Source of the DNA: Dictyostelium discoideum
Lineage: Eukaryota
NCBI GenBank assembly: GCA_000004695.1
Contig: CM000155.2
Coordinates: forward strand, 704,001-768,000
Length of the DNA stretch: 64,000 nt
Direction: 5' to 3'
The notes beneath the pieces were generated by a model. It was not told the DNA's origin and searched no databases. It was given only the letters and a program-made list of their open reading frames with translations. Shown piece by piece: positions 39,770 through 53,096 of the stretch; positions within the stretch are counted from its first letter, which is position 1, and the number at the start of each line of letters is the position of its first letter. A program made the translations under genes and the position numbers.

Positions 39770-41147
39770 TTAATGGATTTTAATATTTAATAAAGAAATT
39801 ATTATTAAAATAATAACTAACAATTGATATGAAACAGATTTACCATCAACTGAACCATTTGGATGATCATCATCACCAGTGGTAGAGGATGTTGTTGTTT
39901 TTTTAGAGCAAACTGTTTTAGGACCAATAGATATAAAACAATCTTTACAAATTGGATTTTTTTCAAAAATCTCACCATCCTTATTTAGGTTAAATGAAAT
40001 TGATGAGCCTGTGCAATCAATTAATTGATCATTTGAATTTCCAGAATATTTAAAAATATTGGAATCGTACGTTACATTTGAATTCAATGATTTGATGATT
40101 GGTTTGTTATTACTATTTGAAAATGTGTTTAAACTGAATGAAATCACAGAGTTATTTGATTCTGCCAAAACACCATCAAAGTTATTAAAAGTATTTAACA
40201 TAATTAAAGTATTTACGCTATTTGAAATTTTTAACAAAGAAGCAGGAGTTGAACTTTTTGGACCTATAATTTGATTAAAAGTTGAATATTCAATTGATAT
40301 GTCCTTTGCCTCGATAAAATATAACTTTTGGGTTTTAGTGCCAAAAGAAACTTGATTAAAAGAACAAAAATTTAATTTTTTTTTTGAATCTATCTCTTCA
40401 ACAATAAAAGAATCGTCAAAGGATACTGAATTGAATTTTGTAAATGTAAAAGATGTTGTGAATTTTTTGGCAAAAAAGGAATATTCTCTGAAAGTAACGT
40501 TTTCAAAAATTGAGTTTTCAAAACTAATTGAATTTACTTCTTTTGATTCCCCACGTCCTGAGAATCTCAAGTTTGTAGAATTTAAAAATTTACATGTATC
40601 AAAAATATATTGTGTTTCCATCTTTCCATTGGTATCTGAATGTAAGATGTGATAGTCAAGGCTGAAAAAGTTTACAAAGGCAACATTGGATACTATTAAA
40701 TATGTTTTTGAAGAAGGTGGATTGTTACCTTCACTATCAAAACTAATCAAATCATTTATGAGATCAGATCCATCAATAATGACATCATTAGAGTCTGGGG
40801 TGTATGTTGAAATCGTTATATGTAAACCCAATCCACTATGTATATAGTTTACTTCACTAGAATATGTTCCATCAGCTAATTTTCAAAACCAATGTAGAAT
40901 TATAGTTTTCTGGTTTGCTATTATATTCATGGAAATAATTCACAGCGTCCACAATATTGTTACATGAGTCTTCAAAAGAACTACCACATTCACTTGAATA
41001 TAAATTGTTTTTGTTAGAATCAACAATTAAATTTAAAATTGTAGGGTTGGCATTTGGACTAGAAACTAAATTTGAACTGGATTTAATAGCAGAAACAAAT
41101 AAAACACAAAGTAATAATATGATAATATTAAATTTTCTTGATAACAT
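39770..41147 (-). CDS. Secreted Asn/Ser-rich repeat protein with a hydrophobic C-terminus. Its reading frame is interrupted by a +1 shift between 40872 and 40831. It is either a recent pseudogene or a homopolymer error.
   Basis: The upstream ORF 41147-40872 encodes the signal peptide MLSRKFNIIILLLCVLFVSAIKS...STLVLKIS*. The downstream frame continues as ..ADGTYSSEVNYIHSGLGLHITISTYTPDSND.., with repeated N-x-[ST] and FxN motifs, down to LLVIILIIISLLNIKIH*. A truncated paralogous fragment lies at 42990-43500. Confidence 0.45.
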
Positions 41148-41254
41148 TTTTTTTTAATTTTTTTTTTTTTTTTATAATTAAATAAATGATTTGATGTTTT
41201 TTTTTTTTTTTTTTTTTTAATTTATACTAAAATTTTCTAGATGTTGAAAAAAAA

Positions 41255-41532
41255 AGAATTCTTATTTTTTTTCTATAATCTTGGAGAATAAAGAATAAAA
41301 ATCGGATACCCAACCACACTTTCAGATATTAATTTTTAAATTTACCGAAATAAGTCATAATTTAAAATTTTTTCCTTTTTTTTTTTTTCCTCTATTTTTT
41401 TTTTTTTTTTTTTTCTTTGAAAGGAAACCCCCAAAATTTTGATTTTTATTTGAAAATGTTTTTTTTAAAAATTGGTAATCTTTTTTTAATTGTTATATTG
41501 ATGGAACTCTCTTGGAGAACCAGATATATATT

Positions 41533-41588
<56 letters not shown>

Positions 41589-41804
41589 ATCAAAGAAAAA
41601 TGATTTAAAAATTTTTTTGGGTAAATGGAGATAACATTTAGAATACTTTTCAAATTATTCTAAAATTTTATTGTTCTTTAAAAAAAGAATTCATTTTTTT
41701 TTTCTTTAATCTTGGAGAATAAAGAACAAAAAAAATGGGTATCCAAACACACTTTCAGATAATACCGAAACAAGCCATAATTTAAAATTTTTTTTTTTCT
41801 TCCA

Positions 41805-41836
<32 letters not shown>

Positions 41837-41855
41837 CTTGCAAGGGAAATCCCCC

Positions 41856-41886
<31 letters not shown>

Positions 41887-42000
41887 GTCTTTTCAGGGGA
41901 AAAAAAAATTAGCAATTTATTATTAAGGTTGCAGGGAAATTTCAATAAAATTTCTTTCCACTGCTCAGTGAATTTTATTTAATTTCACAAAAAAAAAAAA
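41255..42000. repeat. Tandemly duplicated non-coding unit of about 400 bp. Copy 1 is about 41255-41650 and copy 2 about 41680-42000. Each contains AATCTTGGAGAATAAAGAA, CACACTTTCAGATA, ACCGAAA[TC]AAG[TC]CATAATTTAAAATTTTTT and GGAAA(T)CCCCCAAAA.
   Basis: Side-by-side reading shows about 85% identity outside homopolymers. It abuts an N gap at 42165. It may be part of a larger repeat, such as a solo LTR or the end of a complex repeat element. Confidence 0.6.
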
Positions 42001-42082
42001 AGTAATAAATTTAGTCTTTTAAAATTTCAAAAAAATTCCCCACAACTATTTAAAAGACTATTTTATTTTTATATTTTATATT

Positions 42083-42127
<45 letters not shown>

Positions 42128-42164
42128 TTTTTATTTTTTTCATTTTAAATTTTTAGGGAAGGAA

Positions 42165-42264
42165 NNNNNNNNNNNNNNNNNNNNNNNNNNNNNNNNNNNN
42201 NNNNNNNNNNNNNNNNNNNNNNNNNNNNNNNNNNNNNNNNNNNNNNNNNNNNNNNNNNNNNNNN
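42165..42264. other. Assembly gap (100 N).
   Basis: A run of n. Confidence 0.95.
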
Positions 42265-42671
42265 ACTTATTTAATATTCACTTATTTTTGTGACATACTT
42301 CATTATTCTATCAACTCATTATAAAATATAAAATAAAATTTATATAAAATATAAAATATTTTAAATATAAAGATATCAAATTTATAATAGTATTATTCAA
42401 TCAAATAAATATATAAATTTAAAAAAAAAAAAAAAAGAATAATAATGAAAATATAATTTTCTCTGCTGATGGGAAAGGTTTATCATTTAGTAAATTCAAA
42501 CATTTACTCTTATTAGTTCATGGTAATAATTTAACAAAAGCAGATATAGTTAGAAACTAATGTAACTGCAACAGAGTTACTTGAAGAAATCAAAGATAGT
42601 TTTGGAATGGGAGATAGCGATGAATTAACTGAATTAACAAAGTTAGGTGAATATAGTAACAGAAGCACAAG

Positions 42672-42703
<32 letters not shown>

Positions 42704-42989
42704 CCAACATCAACATCAACAACAGCAATAGTAGCACCAACAACCAATTCAATAAGTTTATCAAGTTTAAATTCTGTTAATGGAAATAGTATTGGTTGTG
42801 TATAAGAAAATAGTGGATATTAGTAATAGTTTAGGTGGTAGAGAGGTCAGATTTTAGCAAATTTTTCAAAATCAAATTCAATAACATTGTATTAGATTTG
42901 ATAGTGTTAATGCAGCGTCATCACTAGTGATTGGTAAAAATCAAGATTTCCAATCTTTTAATAATAATGTGTAAACAATGAATTAAAAA

Positions 42990-43500
42990 ATTTTTATTTA
43001 TTTATTCATATATTTATTTATGTAATCTGAAGTGATTTGAGGCCATGGTTGATCAGTAGTTGGAATCATTTGAAAATGAAATAGATGAACCTGTACAATC
43101 AATTAATTGGGCACCATTTAAATTGTTGGTATAGTTAAATGTATTCTTTTCAAAAAAAATATTTGAATTTAATGTTTTAAAGATTGTTGAATTGGAATCA
43201 GTATTTGAAATTATGTTTGATAGGAAAATACCAGAAGCACTATTAAACTCAATTAAACCACCATCAAAATTTTCAAATATATTCCTATCAACATAAATGG
43301 CATCAGTTTTCGAAAATCTAAATAAATGTGATGGCTTGAAGTTTTTGACCTGATAATTGAGAAAAAGATGAATATACTATATGCATTTGTCCAGAATTAA
43401 TAAAAGATGAATTTTGGATTTTAGTGCCATATGATACTTTTTTAAAAATAGTTCGGCCAATACTATATTCTGAACTTTCCTCATAACCAATAAAAGAACC
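42990..43500 (-). pseudogene. Fragmentary paralog of the secreted Asn/Ser-rich gene at 39770-41147.
   Basis: The minus-strand translation contains ..NNLNGAQLIDCTGSSISFSNDSNY*. This matches the LIDCTGSSISFNLNKDGEIF block of 39770-41147, with stops and frame breaks upstream. Confidence 0.4.
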
Positions 43501-44930
43501 AACAAGAAGAAAAAGAAAGAGATGGAAAGGTTTTTAAATAAATCTCAATTAGGACCATTCAATACAATATTAGAATATTATTTAAGAAAACAAGATTATG
43601 ATGGTGGAAGCATTCTGCATGAAATACATTTCAGAATATGGATATTATTTTGGCTCTAGACTATTTTTTAGTACCGTTGAGTGTTTTGTAAAAATTCATT
43701 TGAAAGGTTTACTGAATTTGTATTCCGTCTATACGATAACAAATTGTTAGTACCAGAACCATCAGCTTGGCGTTTATCATTTAGCACTATGGTTGAATCA
43801 TTCGCAGTTCAAAAATATTCCAATGAAGCTTTCAATAGATTCTTTAACAAGATGGGGTCCCATCACTGGAAGATGCTTCTGATATATTTAAATATTTAAT
43901 AGCAACTAAAGATTTAAAATCAATCGTCAAAGCCCTAAATTTTATCGATTCAGGTATAATCAACACTACTATCAAATTAATACCACATGTGATTATCAAC
44001 TTTTTCAGAGTCTTTTCAAAATCTGAAAAAGATACAACGATATTAGTTGGATATCAAGATCTGATATTCAAACAAATGAAAAAATTAGATCCAAAAGAAA
44101 TTGCAGCTATAATTATCTTTTATAATCTTATTATTGATAATACCAACTATCAAGGTAGATTTGGAATTAATAAACAATTCCTATCAAGATTACATGGTGA
44201 ATTCTTAAGAACTCTACCAAAAGAAATAATTAAAGTCATTATTGATGATTTGGTTAAATATTTCCTTTCAACAAATTATTATGAAAAATCATTATATTGG
44301 TTCAATGCAAATTCAACAATATTTAGTAATGAAATTAGTAAAACCGCAATATTCAGTTTCATTACTTACCAAAATTCACAATTACTATCATACCAAATCG
44401 AGGAAAAGAGAATTGAAGAATATCGTCAATTTTGGAGAAAAACCTTAAAGTTATCTGAAAATCAAACTTTTAATGATAAATATTTAGGTGTGGAGAAATC
44501 TGTTTATTCAGAGTTTAAGAATTTAAATCTTTCGAAAAAATTGAAATCAATTTATTATTTACCAGAAGGCTATGAAGAAATTCTAAATCGAAAAGTTGAT
44601 TACAAACATCAATTGGTATTTAGCAAAGATTATCATATTACTTTATCAGCAATGTTAAAAAATGATACTTTTAAAGGTTTAGAGATTTTCCATTATTTGA
44701 ATGACAATTTCTTAAAGAAATCAAAATTACCAATTGGTACTTTATTATTAGATACAATTTTAAAAATTCAAAGTCTTAATAAAAGAGAAATTCAAAAAGA
44801 AGATAAAGAAGAAGTAGATGAAAAAGATGAAAAAGTAAATGAAAGTAAAGATAAAAAAAAATCATATATTAGTGATTATTGGGAAAAGGGTTTCATTTTT
44901 AGAGTAGAAAATTCTTTATTTGAATTTTAA
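43500..44930 (+). pseudogene. Pseudogene copy of the helical-repeat family (middle portion), with multiple frameshifts and stops in the first 500 bp and then an ORF of about 313 codons.
   Basis: 43500-43990 is recognisably homologous to the FEKFTEFVFRLYD..IERWG region, but the frame is broken repeatedly. ORF 43989-44930 (RVFSKSEKDTTILVGYQDLIFKQMKKLDPKEIAAII..) matches paralog B residues of about 250-560 and then ends. The Ser/Pro linker, the presequence and the C-terminal third are absent. Confidence 0.65.
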
Positions 44931-45387
44931 ACCAAATTTAATTAAACAATAAAATAATTTTTTTTTTTCTTTTTAGATTTATCAAAACTAGTTTTATTTT
45001 ATTTATTTTTTTATTTATTTTTTTATTTATTTTTTTTAATTAAGATTGTAGTTTTATTTTATTATCTTTTTTTTTATTTATTTATTCTTTTTATTTATTC
45101 ATTTGTTTATTTATTATAATAATGATACACCTAAAAATATAAAAAATAAAACTTCATTTGCTAAACCTGCTTTATCAATTAACCCTGCTGTACCTACCAA
45201 TAAATAAACGATGACCATAGGTTGATTATATTTTTTTTGCTTCACTTTTAACCCAAATGTATTTATTAATTTATTTATTTATTATTTATTTATTATTTAA
45301 TATTTAATTGTTTAATTGTTTAATAATTTATTGTCTTAATATTGAAAATATGAAAATAAAAAAAAAAAAACGAAAAAAAAAAAAATG

Positions 45388-45420
<33 letters not shown>

Positions 45421-45613
45421 ATTAACATATTGTAATTAATAATTAATAAACAAAAAAATAATTCCCATGTTAATTTATTATTATTTTTTAATAAAATGTG
45501 TTGGTAAACCAACTTTCAAATTTTTTTTTTTTTTTATTTTTTAAAATTTTTAGGTGATACCATTTTTTTTATTTTTTATTATTTTTTATTTATTTTTCAT
45601 GTTAATTATCACA

Positions 45614-45761
45614 ATGAAAAGGTTATCTCTACTATCAACAATAAATAAATTAAATAAATTTGGTATTTCACCAATCTATCAATATGGTTTAAATTCAACA
45701 ACATTAAGAAATATTATAACCATTCAACAAAGATCTTACGCATCATTATCATCAACACCAC

Positions 45762-45820
<59 letters not shown>

Positions 45821-48672
45821 CCATCACCACCATCACCATCACCATCACCATCACCATCACCATCACCATCACCATCACCATCACCATCACCATCACCATC
45901 ACCGTCACCGTCACCATCACCATCACCAACCACAACCTCAACATTTGAAAAAAAGTAAATAAATTAGAATAAAAAAAATAAAAATAAAAAATTTAAATTT
46001 ACCATTGTCACACATTCATATATTTATTTTTCTTGATTTATAGATATAGTTATCAATTTGAATCAAAATTATCAGAAGCAATATATACTCAAGAAATAGA
46101 AAAAAAAAAATTAATTGTAAATGAAATTATACAAAGTGATAAACTTTTAGTTTCGCGACTTACACCAACATTACTTTTACAATTAACAGATTATGATATA
46201 TCATTGGCATTAAAATTATTTGATAAATATCATAATGATTTGATGTGTCATATTGAAAATAAAAAAGAAATGATTAATCAAGAAGAAAAGCAAACAGATG
46301 AAAAAGCAATAGAGTATTTTAAAAAATATCAATTACAACCATTCGAAATAATGTTAGAGTATTATGTAAGAAAACAAGATATAGATGGATTGGAAGCATT
46401 CTGTGTGAAATACATTTCAAAATATAGATTTTATTTTTTATCAAAACCATTTTTTAATATCTTTAAACATTTTGGGAAAACTTCATTTGAAAAGTTTACT
46501 GAATTTGTATTCCGTCTATACGATATCAAATCGTTTGCATCACCAAAATCATCAATTAAAGTAATGATTTTATTATTGGCACTTCAAAAAGACTCGAATC
46601 GAGGTTTCAATAGATTTTTTAACTATCATATAGAAAGATGGGGTCGCATCACTAGTGAAGATGCTTCTAATATATTTAAATATTTAATAGCAACTAATGA
46701 TTTAAAAACAATCGCTAATGTCCTAAATTGTATCGACTCAAATAAAACTGATACTACTAACAAATTAATACCCAAAGAGATTATCAACTTATTCAGAGTC
46801 TTTTCAAAATCTGAAAAAGATATAACGATATTAGTTGGATATCAAGATCTAATATTCAAACAAATGAAAAAATTACATCCAAAAGAAATCGCAGCTATAA
46901 TCTTCTTTTATAATGTTATTGATAATACCCACTATAAAGGTGAATTTAAAATTAATAAACAATTCCTATCAAGATTACATGGTGAATTCTTAAGAACTCT
47001 ACCAAAAGAAACAATTAAAGTCATTATTGATTATTTGGTTAAATATTTCCTTTCAGCAAATGATTATGAAAAATCATTATATTGGTTCAATGCAAATTCA
47101 ACAATATTTAGTAATGAAATTAGTAAAACCATAATATTTAGTTTCATTGCTTACCATACATTACAATTACCATCAAATAAAATCGAAAAAAAGAGAATTG
47201 AAGAATATCGTCAATTTTGGAGAAAAATCTTAAAGCAATCTGAAAATCAAACTTCTAATGATAAATATTTAGGTGTGGAGGAATCTGTTTATTCAGATTT
47301 TAAGAATTTAAATCCTTTAGAAATATTGGAATCAATATATAAATTAAATATAGGCTATGAAAGGCTTCTAACTAGAAGATATGATTACAAACGTCTATTA
47401 ATATTTAATAAAGATTATCTTCACGATACTACTTTATCAGCAATGTTAAAAAATGATAATTTTAAAGGTTCAGAGATTTTCAATTACTTAAATGATAATT
47501 TCTTAAAGAAATCACAATTACCAGTTGGTACTTTATTATTAGATACAATTTTAAAAATTCAAAGTCTTAATAAAAGAGAAAATAAAAAAGAAGATAAAAA
47601 AGAAGATAAAAAAGAAGAAGTAGATGAAAAAGATGAAAAAGTAAATAAAAAAAAAGGTAAAAAAAAATCATTAATTAGTGATTATTGGGAAAATAATGAT
47701 TCAGGATTTTCAAGATTAACAAATAAAGAAATTAATTTTATTCAACCAATGTTGGAAGGAATAAAGAATGATTTAATACTTGATAGAGATATATTTGATG
47801 AAAGATATGATCAAATGTTATCGACAGCACAACAATTGTCATTGTCACGGAAATTGGGTAAAGATGAAATTCAAATATTAAGAGTAGCATTATTGAATCT
47901 TTATTTCTATAAAACTGAAGAATCAATGGTAGACTATTTAAAAATCGTCACTCAAATGATTAAAAATCGTCATAGAATTCCATTTGATGTATTTGAACAA
48001 ACTTGTTGGTTAGTTTTAGAACATTACAGTAAATTGGTCGATAATGGTAGTGTCGATATTACAATGTTAGTCGATTTCATCGAGAAATTCACTAGAGATA
48101 ATCCAACTTTTGAAATTGGCTATTTGGTAATTTTAAATTCTTTATATTCTCTTCAAAAATACAGTGAAGCTCCATCCTACATTAATTTACATTCAAATTT
48201 CAGAAATACTCATGACACTTTGTTATCTCTAACCAATTGTTTATTACAACTTAACCCAGAATCAATTGACTGGAAACAATTTTTAGATAGGATCGAATCA
48301 TTGAAAAAGTTTGAAAATCTAGCATTCTTATTGAATCCAATTATCAAACATTTAGAAAAACATCCAAAAGAATTGGTTGATTTCGAAAATTCCGTTTTAA
48401 CTGAATCTCCATACTCTACTTATTTAATCGGTATTGATAATCAATCTTTTGAAACACTTATCCGTCATCATATAAATGATCCTGTTCAATTGGAATATTA
48501 TGCCAGAAGTTATCTTCGACCTTCCCAAGTAACTAATTTTCTATTTGCCATTGAAGAAAATAAAAAATTAGGGAACAGGGAATTTATTGGGGAAGAAATA
48601 TTAAAATATAACAGGCTTTTTAAATACTCAACTCAAAATTTAAAAGACTCCTTTAATAAAAATAAAAAATAA
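45614..48672 (+). CDS. Helical-repeat protein with an N-terminal mitochondrial-presequence-like exon, family member B. Exons: 45614-45954 and 46044-48672 (about 989 aa).
   Basis: Exon 1 is MKRLSLLSTINKLNKFGISPIYQYGLNSTTLRNIITIQQRSYAS plus (S)26(SP)n, encoded by (TCA)n(CACCAT)n. Exon 2 is about 70% identical in protein to member A along its full length. The donor and acceptor are at equivalent positions (GTAAAT / TTTATAG). Confidence 0.75.
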
Positions 48673-48695
48673 TAAAAGTTTAAAAAATAATAAAA

Positions 48696-48764
<69 letters not shown>

Positions 48765-48959
48765 TCACAAGAGGAAAAAAAAGTTTTAATTTATTATTTT
48801 TATTTAAATTAACATTAATAAAAAAACACCATACGAATTAAAAAAAGCTTTTTTTTTGAAATCTAAATTTTTATTATGGTCGGATGCAAAAAAATTTCAG
48901 CAGATATCCAAGCGGTGAAAAGTAATTTTATGTGGCTTGTCGCCTCTTTTTTTTATTTT

Positions 48960-49330
48960 TATTTTCTACGCGATTTTTGATATGATTGAATATTTTTGGG
49001 AAATTCATTTGAAAGGTTTACTGAATTTGTATTGCGTCTATACAATAACAAATCGTTAGTACTAAGTTTATCACTTCTCACTATAAGTAAATCATTTAAC
49101 TCTTAAATATAATATATTTGAATATTTAACACCAAAACAATTGCTAATGTCCTAAATTGTATCGATTCAAGTAAAACTGAAACTACCAAATTATCACCTA
49201 GTTTTATTATTAACCTATTCAGAGTCTTTTCAAAATCTGAAAAAGATATAACGATATTAGTTGGACACCAAGATCTAATATTCAAAGAAATGAAAAAATT
49301 ACATCTAAAAGAAATGGCAGATATAATTTT
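48960..49330 (+). pseudogene. Short degenerate fragments of the helical-repeat family (FEKFTEFV-type and FSKSEKDITILVG-type segments) with stops.
   Basis: 48975-49060 matches 43685-43760 (GAAAGGTTTACTGAATTTGTATT[GC]CGTCTATAC[GA]ATAACAAAT). 49230-49330 matches the RVFSKSEKDITILVG..IFKEMKKLH segment. Both are interrupted. Confidence 0.45.
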
Positions 49331-49745
49331 CTTTTATAATTGATCAATTAAAAGAATATCTTCATGATATTACTTTATTAGCAATGCACACCTGATTTTT
49401 CTAAATATTCAACTGAATACACCTTAAAAAAAAATAAAAAAAATAATAGTGTTTAAAAAAAAAAAAAAAGAATAATAGTTTTTTTTAATCAAAAATGAGA
49501 AAAAGAAATAAAATAAAGAAAATATACAAATATTTATAAAAAACAATTACTAGTAATTATTTTATTTTTTATTTTTATTTTTATTTTTTTTTTATTTTTT
49601 TTTAATTAAAAAATGAAAAACGAAAAAAAAAAAATAAAAAATAAAAAAACAAGTCTAATAATTTTTCGCTTTTTTCGCTTTTTTTTTTTTTTTTTTTTTG
49701 AATTTTTTTTTTTTCTTTTACCATTTTTTAAGTTATTTATATAAA

Positions 49746-49988
49746 ATGATTCGTTTTATATTGAAACCACCAATAAATAGTAATTGTTTAAAAAATAGTT
49801 TTTATATAAAAAGATATTATTCATTTGAAAATAAAAAAAAATTAAATAATTATAAAAATAAATCTATTATTAATAATAACAATAATAGTAATAACAATAA
49901 TTATAATTATAATAGTGGTATTAATAATTACAATAATAATAGTAATAATAATAATAATAATAATAAAAACAATAATAATAATTTAGAA

Positions 49989-50023
<35 letters not shown>

Positions 50024-53000
50024 AAATCAAGATGAAAATGTAAATAATAATAATAATAATTTAGAAAATAATATTGAAATTGAAAGAATTAAAGAAGCTA
50101 TTTTAAAAAAATACCTTGTTAAAGGGTTTAGTGGTTCAAATGATTTTTCAATACTAGATTCAAAAACAAGTTATCAATTTTCAAATTTAAATGAACTAAT
50201 TCAAGAAAATAGAGTTAATTTTGGAGAATGTTTAATTTTATTTGATAAAATTACACTAAGAGATGATATTAAATTTTCAAATGTTTATAACAACTTCTTT
50301 TCACTCATCATTATGAAAGGTTTAAAAGAAGGTAGTATCCAAGCAACCTTTCATTTCTTTCAAGAGAGAATTCATCTTGCTCAAAATTTTGTTTTCACTG
50401 AAGAATTTTCATTCATGATGATAGAATTTTATGAATTTGAAAAAAAGCATACTAGTAAATACAACAACGATGATAGCATTAACATTAATAATAATAATAA
50501 TAATATCGATTCACCACTTGCCTATTTTAATAAGCCATTTAGAAATACATTGGATGTGTTATTTAAACATCATTTAGTAAATGAAAGAACACTTGTATTA
50601 TTATTTAAAATAGCATTATCAAATGGAAATTTAAAACTATTTGATTTTCTATTTAATTACTATATAAAGAGTGCAGAAATTCTCAATAAATATTTAACAT
50701 CAAATGAAATAGCTGAAAATGGAAATCAAGATTTTAATAATAATAATATTTATAATAATAGTTATACTATTAATTATATTAATAATATAAATATTAAACA
50801 TTTTGAATTAAGTAATGTATATCTATTAGCATTACCAAATAATTTACATGTTAGTTTAATTCAAAGAATGATATTAAATGATGAATATGACAATGTTTTA
50901 AAAGTATTAGATATTGCATTAAAAAAAGGTACACCAGAAATTATAGAATGTTTCCAATCGATTTTGAAAATTTGTAAATATAAAAAACAAGATCCAACCA
51001 AGTATATAGATGTTTTATTTAGAAGTGAATACAGAGAACAATTGAAAAACTATTATCCAACATTACTATATTTCAATCAGACCACACAAAATATCGAAGT
51101 TTTCAATCATCTATTCGATTATATATCAAATTATAAAGATTCAAATATAAGACATGAGATCTTTTCATCCATGGTTTTAACTTCACTCTATCATAGTAGA
51201 TATGAATTGGCATTGGATTGGTATTATCATACAGTATATAAATGTAAATTTGAATCAACTTATTCAATCCATATTTTCATTTTCTATTCAACCTATTTCA
51301 AGAAAATACCATTTCTTCAAAGATTTTGGTCAAACAAATTGGAGAGTCAAATGAATTCCGATGAATATTTTACAAAGATAAAATTAAAATTTGATTCCTT
51401 TCAACCAAATATTTCAAATAATATTATATTTTCATTATTACCAATAAATGTATTTTTTAAAAATCAAAAACCATTACATAAAATTATTTCACCAAAACCT
51501 AAAGTTTTACCAACATCATTCTCATTTAAACGTAATATAAAAAATGATCAACAACAACAACAACAACGACAACAACAAAATGAAGATGAACAAGATGATG
51601 AAGACAGATTAGAAGAGGAAGAAGAAGAAGAAGAAGAGGAAGAACAAGAAGAAGAAGAAGAAGAACAAGAAAGAGAAGGATTAAATAATGAAGGATTTGA
51701 AGATTTTATTAATAATAATACTAATTATTATAATAATAATTATTATAATAATAATTATTATAAAAATAAATATTTTAAAAATGATTATTTTAAAAATAAA
51801 TATTATTATGATAATAAAAAGGAAAAACCAATTAAAATTGATTTAGCAATTTCACGAAGTAAAAATATACATTCAATTAAATTTAATGAAGAATTAATTT
51901 TTCAAAAGATTATACTTACAAGTAGAGAACCAATTAAATTAGAAACTGATAGATATTTATTCTTTTTATGTACTTGTTCAACCGATTTAGAATTTATTAG
52001 AAATTATGTAGTTGAAAATTATTTTAAAACCAATAGGATCTTACCAAATGATTTATTGACTAGAATAATGCATATATTAAAGTTGGATCCTTTTATTTAC
52101 TTTAAAGCAATAAAAGATGCGCCAGAGTATTACAGATTCCTGATGTTTGATGCTGGCGTATTTAATAATCTATTGGTGAAAAATTTCGATCAAGTCATTG
52201 AATTTATGAGTGTAGATAATAGCTATTATATTTCATCGCCTCATTTTCAAAAAATCATTTACCGTGCATTAATTAATAAATACCGAGATGAGAGATCAAT
52301 TAATCTATCAAATGGAATGCTAAGAACAATGTTTAAGAAAGGCTTCGACTTGGACCCTATCGCCGATAGCATTGGCCATTTCGCACGTTATAATAATTTA
52401 CAAATTCCTAAAGAGGTTTTCGATCATTTATTCAAGAAAATGAAATATCAAAGAATTACCTCATTTCATATAATTAATTTAATCCGTGACCAAAAGTTCA
52501 AAGAAGCATTGGACTTTTTGGAAGGATCTCCACGTGATCTCATTGATACAGATACAAAGAAACTATATTTGGAACATGTTTTCCCGGTGCTTTATCCGCT
52601 ATCGGATCTGGATAATGTGACTGTCTGGTTTGACATTTTAAGAGATAACCCAGATAATAAAATTAGAAACAAAATTGGGTTCTTTAATTTTCTATTGGTT
52701 GATTTGGCTAAACATGGACAAAAAGATATTATCATTTCATTGATTGAAAAAGATAGTAGAATCATGTCAAATATAAATCAAAAAACTTTATTTATTATTT
52801 TATCTCAATTTGATTTACAATTACCAAAAAGAAATCAATCGAAATTAATTGAAAATTCAAATAAAATAATCTCATTTTTTAAAGCTTCAAGAGTGTACGA
52901 ACAATATCATGAAGATGTTGTTAATTTAGTTTCAAAAGCAAATGAAATAGTTAAAGATGAAGAAATTATGAAATTTTTAAGTGATTCTCCAATAAGTGAA

Positions 53001-53096
53001 TTTCAACCTCCAAAATTAAAAAAAGATCCAATTTCAATATCTCAAAATTCAATTGATTTCATTGAAAAATATTATATTGATGATGAATTTAAATAG
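49746..53096 (+). CDS. Large helical protein (about 1116 aa) with a presequence-like N-terminus, poly-N and acidic low-complexity inserts. Possibly a divergent third member of the same family.
   Basis: The ORF starts MIRFILKPPINSNCLKNSFYIKRYYSF, which is basic with no acidic residues. The remainder is a helical Leu/Ile/Lys-rich protein with an (E)n insert. Similarity to members A and B is not obvious at the primary-sequence level. It may also have an upstream exon. Confidence 0.55.
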
